A stretch of DNA of 49,335 bases from Candidatus Yanofskybacteria bacterium RIFCSPLOWO2_01_FULL_49_17 (GCA_001795695.1 MGKO01000008.1:1825-51159); one strand, 5' to 3'. Shown: positions 20,430-27,439, counted from the stretch's first letter. The notes: a model not told the origin generated them from the sequence alone. Translations and numbers: made by a program.

Positions 20430-20462
20430 ATCAAAATCTCCCGAGATGGGAGGTTTTGATTT
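20428..20462. terminator. bidirectional terminator hairpin
   Basis: AAATCAAAATCTCCC-GAGA-TGGGAGGTTTTGATTT between the convergent PEGA gene and rpsI. Confidence 0.6.
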
Positions 20463-20465
20463 GGT

Positions 20466-21020
20466 TTATCGCTTACTCCATTGTGGCGCCTTCCTTGCTT
20501 TTTTGAGGCCGTATTTGCGACGTTCTTTGACACGCGGGTCGCGGGTCAGGAGGCCGGACTTCTTGAGCTTGCGGCGGAAATTGGCGTCAAACTGGATGAG
20601 GGCGCGGGCGAGGCCGTGCTTTACGGCATTGGCCTGGCCGGAGATGCCGCCGCCGCGGACGATGACGGTGGCCTTGAATCGGTTCAATGACTTGAGCTTT
20701 CGGAGCGGCGACTCCAGGATATGCTGGAGATTCACGTCAGTGAAGTAATCAGTGTAGTTCTTGCCGTTCACGGTGACCAAGGCCTTGTCATCCTCGGCCG
20801 CGTCGGTGGATTTCTTGGTGAACAAGCGAACCTGGGCGATGGCCTCCTTGCGTCGGCCTACAGCCGGAAAATATTTCTCTTTTCCGTTCTTGGTCTCCAA
20901 CTCGCTTTCAGGGATAACCACTTCTACATCATCGGAGTCCATCGGCAACACGGGCTGTTCAGCCACCGGCAAAGCTGGTTTTTTCTCCTTCTTAATTTTT
21001 AATGATTTCTTGATAGCCAT
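20466..21020 (-). CDS. rpsI: 30S ribosomal protein S9 with N-terminal extension
   Basis: GRRKEAIAQVRL..GGGISGQANAVKHGLARAL..RDPRVKERRKYGLKKARKAPQWSKR. About 55 extra N-terminal residues precede the S9 core. Confidence 0.9.
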   Translation of the reverse strand: MAIKKSLKIKKEKKPALPVAEQPVLPMDSDDVEVVIPESELETKNGKEKYFPAVGRRKEAIAQVRLFTKKSTDAAEDDKALVTVNGKNYTDYFTDVNLQHILESPLRKLKSLNRFKATVIVRGGGISGQANAVKHGLARALIQFDANFRRKLKKSGLLTRDPRVKERRKYGLKKARKAPQWSKR

Positions 21021-21021
21021 A

Positions 21022-21360
21022 TTATTTGAACTTCAAATGCTGGATGACCTTATCGCGGGAACGATTGACCGGCAACATCCTATACACAACACGGCGCAAC
21101 ACTTCGCGCGGGTCTCTGGCCCAAAGCTCCGATAAGGAACGGGTCCTGATGCCCCCGTGGTAGCCGGAATAACTGTGATAGACCTTCTGGTTGAACTTAT
21201 CACCGGTGAACTTGGCCTTGTCCAGGTTTTTCACGACAACATCAAGCTCGGCCATTTTGTTGGGCGTATATGATGGCAAATGTTTACCTCGCAAAGCCGT
21301 GGCCGCCTCTGTCGCTATCCTCCCCAATGCTCTGCCAGTTGCATCAATTTCGTAATTCAT
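21022..21360 (-). CDS. rplM: 50S ribosomal protein L13 (short form)
   Basis: GRALGRIATEAATALRGKH..YSGYHGG..MLPVN motifs; the stop abuts the rpsI start. Confidence 0.9.
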   Translation of the reverse strand: MNYEIDATGRALGRIATEAATALRGKHLPSYTPNKMAELDVVVKNLDKAKFTGDKFNQKVYHSYSGYHGGIRTRSLSELWARDPREVLRRVVYRMLPVNRSRDKVIQHLKFK

Positions 21361-21438
21361 AATGCGAATCTACAAATTTATACGAATGCCGCGAATTCTT
21401 GATTGTATTTGTGTCATTCGCATGTCATTCGTAGATTA
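21353..21438. repeat. ~86-nt repeat element filling the rplQ-rplM spacer; twin of 42665-42737 inside mnmA
   Basis: TAATTCATAATGCGAATCTACAAATTTATACGAATGCCGCGAATTC (21353-21398) matches 42665-42710 at 44 of 46 positions by eye. Both copies continue with CATTCG.. words. Confidence 0.8.
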
Positions 21439-21441
21439 GTA

Positions 21442-21789
21442 TTACTTGGTTAATTCAACCAACGCCATTTCTGCTCCATCACTTTTTCTTTGGCCCAAAC
21501 GGATAACACGGGTATAGCCGCCCTTGCGCTCAACATATGATCCGGCTATCTCGTCCATCATTTTCTTAACGGCCTTCTCGCCCAACTGCTTGGCCAGCTC
21601 TCGGCGAGCGTTAAGATTTTGGCGCTTGGCCAAAGTGATGAGGCGGTCCATGTGCTTGACCAATGATTTGGCCTTGGCCTGGGTGGTCTCAATGCGGCCG
21701 TGGTCTACCAATGCGGTAGCCAACGCTTTGTATAAAGCATTGCGCTGGATGGTCTCACGTCCGAATTTTCGGTGATTACCTCTTTTCAT
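21442..21789 (-). CDS. rplQ: 50S ribosomal protein L17
   Basis: HRKFGRETIQRNALYKALATALVDHGRIETT..GGYTRV is the L17 signature. Confidence 0.9.
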   Translation of the reverse strand: MKRGNHRKFGRETIQRNALYKALATALVDHGRIETTQAKAKSLVKHMDRLITLAKRQNLNARRELAKQLGEKAVKKMMDEIAGSYVERKGGYTRVIRLGQRKSDGAEMALVELTK

Positions 21790-21852
21790 TAGCTTGTTAG
21801 CTTATCAGCTTTCTAGTTTTTAGGTTTTTTTAGCCAGCTAGGAAGCTAGTTC
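21790..21852. repeat. AGCT/CTAG-rich spacer element (twin of 24374-24447)
   Basis: TAGCTTGTTAGCTTATCAGCTTTCTAGTTTTTAGGTTTTT..CAGCTAGGAAGCTAGT aligns with 24374-24447 in two blocks (about 38/41 and 16/16 by eye). Confidence 0.75.
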
Positions 21853-22593
21853 CTATTTCCTAGATTTCTTTGTTCTAGCTTCTTTCTTAGCTGGCTTTTC
21901 AGTGATTTCTGGGACTTCAACTTCCGACACCACCTTGAACTGGTCTATCAATATTTCAGCTGCTTTCTTCAGGGCCGCTTCCGGTTCAATGGAGCCGTCT
22001 GTCTCAACTTCCATCGTTATTTTGTTGAAATCTATCCTTTGGCCGACCCGGACATCCTCGATCTTGAAATTGACAAGCTTGATGGGCGAGAATATCGCAT
22101 CCACGGCAATGACGCCGATGGCCAGCTTTTCCTTCTGCCGCTGTTCAACAGGCACGTAACCGACGCCTTTTTCAATGTCCAGTTCCATAGAGAACTCTGT
22201 TTTCTTCTCAGTGATGGTGGCGATGTGCTGGTCGGTATTGATGACCTCCACATCAGAAGTGGTCTTGATGTCGGCCGCCGTGACCTCGCGTTCACCCTTA
22301 ACGTCCAGAGTCAGCTTAACCGGACCGTCGGAGTAGAGTTTGCAGCGTATCTTCTTGATGTTAAGGATTATCTCTATCACATCCTCAAGCACGCCGGGCA
22401 TGCTGGAGAACTCATGGTCCACTCCTTTTATCTTGACCGAGGTGATGGCGGCTCCTTCCAGCGAGGAAAGCAATACGCGCCGAAGCGGATTGGCAATGGT
22501 CGCGCCATAGCCCGGCATCAGCGGCCCGATCTCAAAGACGGCCTTGTTCTCGCCCTTGCTCACCACTTTCACTTGTTCCGGTAACTGTATCAT
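21853..22593 (-). CDS. rpoA: DNA-directed RNA polymerase alpha subunit, N-terminal domain only (no alpha-CTD)
   Basis: 246 aa with NTD motifs (GYGATIANPLRRVLLSS, VTAADI, IAVDAIFSP). The protein ends in a Lys-rich tail EKPAKKEARTKKSRK right after the NTD. Confidence 0.9.
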   Translation of the reverse strand: MIQLPEQVKVVSKGENKAVFEIGPLMPGYGATIANPLRRVLLSSLEGAAITSVKIKGVDHEFSSMPGVLEDVIEIILNIKKIRCKLYSDGPVKLTLDVKGEREVTAADIKTTSDVEVINTDQHIATITEKKTEFSMELDIEKGVGYVPVEQRQKEKLAIGVIAVDAIFSPIKLVNFKIEDVRVGQRIDFNKITMEVETDGSIEPEAALKKAAEILIDQFKVVSEVEVPEITEKPAKKEARTKKSRK

Positions 22594-22665
22594 TTTTTAG
22601 CTTATAGCTTATAGAATTTTAGGTTGTTAGATTTGATCTCTAACCTCCTATCATCCTAGAACCTA

Positions 22666-23301
22666 TTACCTAGAATAGAATTCTATAATGGCTTGGATAT
22701 CGCCCGTACCTACGCCGCTCTCTTCCGGCGTGGTCTGGCCTTTCACGGTGGCGGTCATGGCTTGTTTGTCTACGGACAACCAAGCTGGCGGCTCGTACGC
22801 GGGAAGCCACTGCGGGACCAAGTTCATGAAAAAGGGGCTCTTCTTGCTGCCCTCGCGGACCGAAATGATATCGCCTATCTTCACCGTATATGAGGGGATG
22901 TTTACCTTGCGGCCGTTGACCAGGATATGGCCGTGATTGACCAATTGGCGGGCCTGGTCGCGGGACTGGCCGAGGCCCATCCGGAAGACCACGTTGTCCA
23001 AACGGTGCTCCAGAGCATTCAGGATGAGACCGTAAGGTTCTTTCTTACTTTCCACGGCCGCTTTGACGTAGTTCTTGAACTGCTTTTCAAGCAGGCGGTA
23101 GATGTTTTTTATCTTCTGCTTGGATTTCAGCTGTTGGCCGTATTCGGATGATCTGCGCGAGGGCTTCTGGCCGTTCATGCCCGGCGGATATGGTTTCTTG
23201 GTAATAGCCGTTTTGCCGGCAAGCGAACGCGCCCCCTTGATGAAAAGGCGTTCTCCCAGCCGTCGTTCTATTTTTTCTCTTGGTCCGGTATAGCGTGCCA
23301 T
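22666..23301 (-). CDS. rpsD: 30S ribosomal protein S4
   Basis: MARYTGPREKIERRLG.. and an S4 domain (LDNVVFRMGLGQSRDQARQLVNHGHILVNG). Confidence 0.9.
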   Translation of the reverse strand: MARYTGPREKIERRLGERLFIKGARSLAGKTAITKKPYPPGMNGQKPSRRSSEYGQQLKSKQKIKNIYRLLEKQFKNYVKAAVESKKEPYGLILNALEHRLDNVVFRMGLGQSRDQARQLVNHGHILVNGRKVNIPSYTVKIGDIISVREGSKKSPFFMNLVPQWLPAYEPPAWLSVDKQAMTATVKGQTTPEESGVGTGDIQAIIEFYSR

Positions 23302-23355
23302 AACGATTTTATCTGCGAGGAGTTGCGAAGCAGACGAGCAGTTATAAAACTCGTC

Positions 23356-23455
23356 ACCCCCTCCTTTTTATCTTTATATTAAATGAAAAACTGTGTTATT
23401 ATAATCTATTTTTGTATTATTGTCCATTCGTATATTCATGATAAAAGGAGGGGGT
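23356..23455 (-). promoter_or_regulatory. long-range inverted repeat in the rpsK-rpsD spacer (CCCCCTCC / GGAGGGGG arms)
   Basis: ACCCCCTCCTTTTTATC (23356-23372) pairs with GATAAAAGGAGGGGGT (23440-23455), 16 bp with 1 bulge, enclosing a 67-nt A/T-rich loop. Confidence 0.6.
23398..23426 (-). promoter_or_regulatory. possible internal promoter for rpsD (TGGACA-17-TATAAT) inside the loop of the inverted repeat
   Basis: On the minus strand TGGACA lies at 23426-23421, then a 17-nt spacer, then TATAAT at 23403-23398. Confidence 0.35.
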
Positions 23456-23495
23456 AAGCGACTGTCGCCAATCGCTTACGCTCTTGGACATTCGC

Positions 23496-23948
23496 TTATA
23501 CCCTTCTTGGTTTTGGCCGTCTGACTCCATTGTGGGCCACTGGGGTCTTGTCTTGGATGGCCAGGATGTTAAGGCCCGTGCCGGCCAGTCCTCGGATAGC
23601 CGATTCGCGGCCTGGCCCGACGCCCTTTACCACTATTTTGATATTGGTCAGATTATATTTCTTTGATTTCTCCACCACATCCTTGGCCACCATGTTCGCC
23701 GCATAAGGAGTGGACTTCTTTGAACCCTTGAAACCGAGCAGTCCGGACGATGACCAGGCGATTATCTGGCCCTTGTTGTCGCCGATGGCGATAAGCGTAT
23801 TGTTATATGAAACGTTTATGTGAGCCACGCCGTTCAAGACCTGCTTCTTGGAAGAAACGGCTTTTTTCGGAGTAGGCAAAATTTCCGGCTTGGCTTCGGC
23901 CTCCTGGACAACTTCCTCCGATTTGTCTATCAATTGATTTTTCCCCAT
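23496..23948 (-). CDS. rpsK: 30S ribosomal protein S11 with N-terminal extension
   Basis: GVAHINVSYNNTLIAIGD..WSSSGLLGFKGSKKSTPYAA..GPGRESAIRGL..PVAHNG.RP.K.RRV. Confidence 0.9.
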   Translation of the reverse strand: MGKNQLIDKSEEVVQEAEAKPEILPTPKKAVSSKKQVLNGVAHINVSYNNTLIAIGDNKGQIIAWSSSGLLGFKGSKKSTPYAANMVAKDVVEKSKKYNLTNIKIVVKGVGPGRESAIRGLAGTGLNILAIQDKTPVAHNGVRRPKPRRV

Positions 23949-23986
23949 TTGCTTGTTCGCTAATGGCTAATCACTAGTGGCTATTT

Positions 23987-24373
23987 TTACGTTTTCTCAC
24001 TAGCTGATTTGCGCCCTGAACCCATCGTCTTGCGGACGTTGCCTCGCAAGGTGCGGGAATTGGTCTTGGTCCGGCCGTGGATAGGCAGACGGCGGGCATG
24101 GCGGACGCCCTTCCAGGTGCCAATCTCCTTCAATCGCTTGACGTTTTGGCTGATCTCGCGGCGCAATTCGCCTTCTATCTGATAACTGGCCTCGATTATT
24201 TTTTGGATCTTATTCAGCTCATCGGCGGAAAGGTCCTTGGCTCTTTTATCGGCGCTGACCCCAGCCGAACGCAAGATGACCTTGCTGGCCGAATGGCCGA
24301 TGCCATACAAATACGGCAGAGCGTACTCTATCTTCTTATTATCCGGAATTGTGACACCTAATATGCGGGGCAT
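23987..24373 (-). CDS. rpsM: 30S ribosomal protein S13
   Basis: MPRILGVTIPDNKKIEYALPYLYGIG..RRLPIHGRTKTNSRT. Confidence 0.9.
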   Translation of the reverse strand: MPRILGVTIPDNKKIEYALPYLYGIGHSASKVILRSAGVSADKRAKDLSADELNKIQKIIEASYQIEGELRREISQNVKRLKEIGTWKGVRHARRLPIHGRTKTNSRTLRGNVRKTMGSGRKSASEKT

Positions 24374-24447
24374 TTTAGCTTATTAGCTTATTAGCTTTCT
24401 AGCTTTTAGGTTTTTCCTAATCATCTAGTCAGCTAGGAAGCTAGTAT
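24374..24447. repeat. AGCT/CTAG-rich spacer element (twin of 21790-21852)
   Basis: TTTAGCTTATTAGCTTATTAGCTTTCTAGCTTTTAGGTTTTT..CAGCTAGGAAGCTAGT. On the coding strand tandem TAAGCTA words run directly into the rpsM ATG. Confidence 0.75.
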
Positions 24448-24561
24448 TCAGCCCTGACGTTGCTTATGCTTCGGGTTTGTGCAAACGCAGTACAGCCGGC
24501 CCTTGCGCCGGACCAGTTTGCAGTTGTTGCACATCCTTTTTACGCTTGCCCTTACCTTCAT
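24448..24561 (-). CDS. rpmJ: 50S ribosomal protein L36
   Basis: Not in the ORF track (too short). Hand translation of the minus strand gives [37 protein letters not shown]. Confidence 0.85.
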   Translation of the reverse strand: MKVRASVKRMCNNCKLVRRKGRLYCVCTNPKHKQRQG

Positions 24562-24625
24562 CGTAGCCATTAGCCATTAGTTTTTAGCCATTAGATTCTA
24601 AATTCTAGTGGCTAAGTTCTAGTGG

Positions 24626-24847
24626 CTAGTTACGGTATACTATCCTTCCCCTTTTGCCGTCCGGAGACAGCTCTAGGGTTACCTTGTCGCCTATCATCAC
24701 CTTTATGTAGTTCATCCGCATCTTGCCGGCCAAATAGGCCAACACTTCACGGCCATCATCAAGCTGGACCTTGAATTTCGTGTCCGGTAGGGCCTCAATG
24801 ACGACCCCGTTCACCTTAACTTTTTGTAGGTTTGATTCGCTTACCAC
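24626..24847 (-). CDS. infA: translation initiation factor IF-1
   Basis: 73 aa with an S1-like fold (VNGVVIEALPDTKFKVQLDDGREVLAYLAGKMRMNYIKVMIGDKVTLELSPDGKRGRIVYR). GTG start. Confidence 0.9.
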   Translation of the reverse strand: MVSESNLQKVKVNGVVIEALPDTKFKVQLDDGREVLAYLAGKMRMNYIKVMIGDKVTLELSPDGKRGRIVYRN

Positions 24848-24984
24848 CTGGAAAAAATAAGCCGCCTGTGGGGGCGCTTTGATTTACGGGGGCCGCCACT
24901 TAATAATCATGGCTTGTCCCGTACATAACTTGCTTATGTAGCGGGATTCCTACTGTCTAGTATATTATACCTTTCAGCTCCTTA

Positions 24985-25013
24985 ATATTAGCAAACCTTG
25001 CAAACCTTGTCAA
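24985..25013 (-). promoter_or_regulatory. sigma70-like promoter of the infA r-protein operon (TTGACA-17-TAATAT)
   Basis: On the minus strand TTGACA lies at 25013-25008, then a 17-nt spacer, then TAATAT at 24990-24985. A second TATAAT lies at 24969-24964. Confidence 0.5.
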
Positions 25014-25045
25014 ATAAAAATGGCGGAGGATATTTCACCTCCGCC
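25011..25045 (-). terminator. intrinsic terminator of sRNA-like unit 4
   Basis: GGCGGAGG (25022-25029) / CCTCCGCC (25038-25045) with ATTTTTATTT downstream on the minus strand. CCATGG abuts the stem upstream. Confidence 0.55.
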
Positions 25046-25139
25046 CCATGGATTGCCTGATGTTGCAACAGCGCACTGGAGTGAACGCAGCTCGAGGTTA
25101 TCTTACTGCGCCTAGTGGCTATGGTATCATAAATTTTTA

Positions 25140-25256
25140 AAAAGTAAATAGCGGGGACTTTCGTCCCCGCTCCGTGGTGAAGGGAGGGACACCGGGATCG
25201 GCCCAAGGTTACCTAGCATCGATCTGGCGAACCGAGCAGAACCTGTCCGAGCCTCC
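25140..25256 (-). ncRNA. candidate ~115-nt small RNA (unit 3 of a four-unit array) with its own promoter and terminator
   Basis: The promoter at 25263-25291 predicts a start near 25256 (GGAGGCUCGG..). The terminator is GCGGGGAC-GAAA-GUCCCCGC (25170-25151) plus UAUUUACUUUUU. The 5' GGAGG..GACA can pair with UGUC.CCUCC. No ORF with an RBS and no match to a known RNA family by eye. Confidence 0.4.
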
Positions 25257-25262
25257 ATTTTT

Positions 25263-25291
25263 ATTATATACTATTTTAAAACTTTTGTAAA
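25263..25291 (-). promoter_or_regulatory. sigma70-like promoter (TTTACA-17-TATAAT) for sRNA-like unit 3
   Basis: On the minus strand TTTACA lies at 25291-25286, then a 17-nt spacer, then TATAAT at 25268-25263. Confidence 0.5.
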
Positions 25292-25319
25292 TAAAATGCC
25301 GGGTACTGGTGTACCCGGC
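25290..25319 (-). terminator. intrinsic terminator of sRNA-like unit 2
   Basis: GCCGGGTAC (25298-25306) / GTACCCGGC (25311-25319) with ATTTTATTT downstream on the minus strand. ACCACGG abuts the stem upstream. Confidence 0.55.
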
Positions 25320-25421
25320 CCGTGGTTCAAATCAACATAGGACAGACCAAAGAGATTCAGTGGAGCTTACGATGCTCGGCCCTTTTTGTTTCTGAAAAAT
25401 CCTTTCGTTCTGAGGTGAAAC

Positions 25422-25451
25422 GTCCGGAGCGGGGTGTGTCCTGCTCCGGAC
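25422..25451 (-). other. perfect 9-bp hairpin of sRNA-like unit 1 (weak U tract)
   Basis: GTCCGGAGC (25422-25430) / GCTCCGGAC (25443-25451) with a 12-nt loop. ACCACGG abuts the stem on the minus strand; the downstream GTTTCACC is only weakly U-rich. Confidence 0.4.
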
Positions 25452-25638
25452 CCGTGGTCAAGCGGGGTTTAGAATGTCGTGACGGTCCGCGTTACGATGG
25501 GACGCAGTGGACTAAACGAGACCCGGAGGCACCGCATGCTGTTGACTAGTCAGCCAACAATGTGATGGTCTCGATGAAATACCCTTACCATACGTAACGA
25601 AGAGATGCTAGCATATCATTGACTTTATGTCAAGCATG

Positions 25639-27357
25639 CTATCTACTGACGGTAATATGGACTTTTTCGGAATTTTTGGGGACACTGCGGACCCAGACCG
25701 GCGAGAGGAGGACATTGGCCGAGGTGATGTTGGGCACGGATTTCAAATACGACTCTATCTGGGCCTGCTTTTTCCCTAACAGGTCAGACAGTATCTTCTT
25801 TTCGTCCACCTTGGCGAAGCCGGGGCCAGACACGGTCACGGTCATCCGCAGAATGTTGGAAACAGGGTCAAAAGAGATATCGCTGTAATTGACGGTCAAT
25901 TTCTCGGCCACGACATCAAGGTTATATTTATTGGCAACGTGGCCGGAGATGAGTTGCTTGAGATCCTCTTCTTTGAAACCGGCTGTCTTGAGCGTCCCGT
26001 CAAGCGACATCGTGAAAGTATCGGCCGCGTCATCGGGCAGGGCCGTTGATTCGGGCGGGGCGATGGATATGTCCGCCTCATTTATAATCTTGAGGCCGGC
26101 CGTCTGGACTTTCGTCTCATCGTTTATGAGCTGTCTAAGCTGGACCGTGAGCAGGTCCTTTGCTTTTTCAAAGTCGTCGGCTGTGACCACAGTCGCCTTG
26201 CCGCTGGTCCCGCCCCGCATGGCTGATTTGGAAGCGCCGGTAATGTTCTGATATTTGGCCGTATTTCCCTGCTCTTTAAAAGCGGGAATGGTAAAATCGC
26301 CGGCTGGAACGTTATAGTCCGACCCTATCTTGTCGGCGATGACCTGGACCTCCGTAGTGCCGGGCGTGGAGGTGTTTTTTGCCGCTGGCACAGTCACGGT
26401 CAATAAGCTGCGGAAAATGTGGCCGTCAGACGACTGGAAGCGGGTGGTGGCGATGAGCGGCTGGGCGGCAGAAGTTTTGTTGTAGAGAGTGATGGACCCG
26501 CGGGCTTTTTGAGCGACATCCTTGGAACCGGTGGCGTTGAAGGTCTGGGAGACCGATTTTTGGATGACGAAGGTCTGGCCGGAAAGTTTCAGGCCGGCCG
26601 TGTCCACTGAAGCAACGGATTCCGAGGCGGTAGCCGTTATTTTGAAATTAAGGTCAGTAACAGCCGGTTTAATCAGCACCTGGGCGCTGCCGGTGGTTAA
26701 ATAGATAAGGGCGCCGGCCAAGACCACTCCCCCTCCGCCGAACGTGTAGATCAGTCGGCGCTTGCGCGGCATTACAGCTCCCCACCTTCTGATGCTTAAT
26801 TTGCCGACTTTCGATTTCCATTCGGCTACGGGCTCGGCAGTTTCCGACCAAACCTGTTCAATCCCTTCGTCGTCATTCTCTGCGGTCTCGTATTGACGGT
26901 TGACCGGAACAGAAAATCCTTTTTCTTTTACGGCCGAAACCTTTATATTGTATTGCTCTCCTTGTTCAATCAGTTCTGATGGAACTTGACCGTAAAAATT
27001 TTCTATCTCATTGACCATATTGACCGGAGCGGAACGGATAGCCGTTTTTTTAGCAGAGCGGGCAGTCCGCTCACCTAATTTTTGCTTGACAGAAGTTTGG
27101 CGAGCCAATAAAACGTCAAAACCGTGCTTGTCGGCCAATATGTTCACTTCCGGATTAGATGAAAGAAATGAAACGGTCTTATTGACCTCATCGGCCGCTT
27201 CGCGCAAAACGCTGAAATGCTCCTCTCTTTGAAAGGCCTTGGAGCGCTTGGGTAGCACGAAGATGACTTCGCCGGCCGGCGTCGTCTTGAATATATTGAG
27301 TATCTCGGCGAACGAGTCGTCCTTCAAAACATTGATAATCTTTGTAGAGGAAGACAT
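25639..27357 (-). CDS. hypothetical single-pass membrane protein (cytoplasmic N-domain, large extracytoplasmic C-domain)
   Basis: 572-aa ORF with a TM LIYTFGGGGVVLAGALIYLTTG near residue 210. No family recognised with confidence. Confidence 0.7.
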   Translation of the reverse strand: MSSSTKIINVLKDDSFAEILNIFKTTPAGEVIFVLPKRSKAFQREEHFSVLREAADEVNKTVSFLSSNPEVNILADKHGFDVLLARQTSVKQKLGERTARSAKKTAIRSAPVNMVNEIENFYGQVPSELIEQGEQYNIKVSAVKEKGFSVPVNRQYETAENDDEGIEQVWSETAEPVAEWKSKVGKLSIRRWGAVMPRKRRLIYTFGGGGVVLAGALIYLTTGSAQVLIKPAVTDLNFKITATASESVASVDTAGLKLSGQTFVIQKSVSQTFNATGSKDVAQKARGSITLYNKTSAAQPLIATTRFQSSDGHIFRSLLTVTVPAAKNTSTPGTTEVQVIADKIGSDYNVPAGDFTIPAFKEQGNTAKYQNITGASKSAMRGGTSGKATVVTADDFEKAKDLLTVQLRQLINDETKVQTAGLKIINEADISIAPPESTALPDDAADTFTMSLDGTLKTAGFKEEDLKQLISGHVANKYNLDVVAEKLTVNYSDISFDPVSNILRMTVTVSGPGFAKVDEKKILSDLLGKKQAQIESYLKSVPNITSANVLLSPVWVRSVPKNSEKVHITVSR

Positions 27358-27439
27358 ATAGAAAGTATTATATCATACTTTCCAACAACGCAAGCCCGGT
27401 TGAGCAATATTATGATGCGGCTCCGCCGCTAATGCGAAG

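Noticed and set aside
22039-22584. 181-aa ORF antisense to rpoA. Similar antisense ORFs lie at 6235-6828 (typA), 38536-38991 (rny), 45171-45614 and 34776-35201.
   Set aside because: Each lies entirely inside and opposite a gene with unmistakable conserved motifs. The translations are compositionally biased and lack start-site signals, so they are typical shadow frames.
25395-25440. Plus-strand GTTCTGAGGTGAAACGTCCGGAGCGGGG resembles the 5S rRNA segment GAACUCAGAAGUGAAACGCCGUAGCGCC.
   Set aside because: The similarity is limited to ~25 nt. The following sequence forms a perfect local hairpin instead of 5S helices IV/V, there is no helix I partner, and no 16S/23S genes are nearby.
24988-25549. 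ORFs 24988-25206 (minus, 72 aa) and 25322-25549 (plus, 75 aa) inside the sRNA-like array.
   Set aside because: They have no RBS, the peptides are Arg/Cys/Gly-rich nonsense-like, and both cut across perfect hairpins and promoter hexamers. The region is better explained as non-coding.
25011-25640. Tested by eye whether the ORF-free region is RNase P RNA, tmRNA, SRP RNA, 6S RNA or a T-box leader.
   Set aside because: GACGAAAGUCCCCGC looks superficially like the RNase P P4 strand GAGGAAAGUCCGGGC, but it is a self-contained GAAA-tetraloop hairpin and no GGGGCUU partner exists. There is no tRNA-like acceptor/T-arm or tag ORF (tmRNA) and no GGAA-capped helix 8 (SRP). GUGGU lies after rather than within a terminator/antiterminator (T-box). 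Internal A/T-rich promoter-like segments argue against one long RNA. This still needs cmscan.
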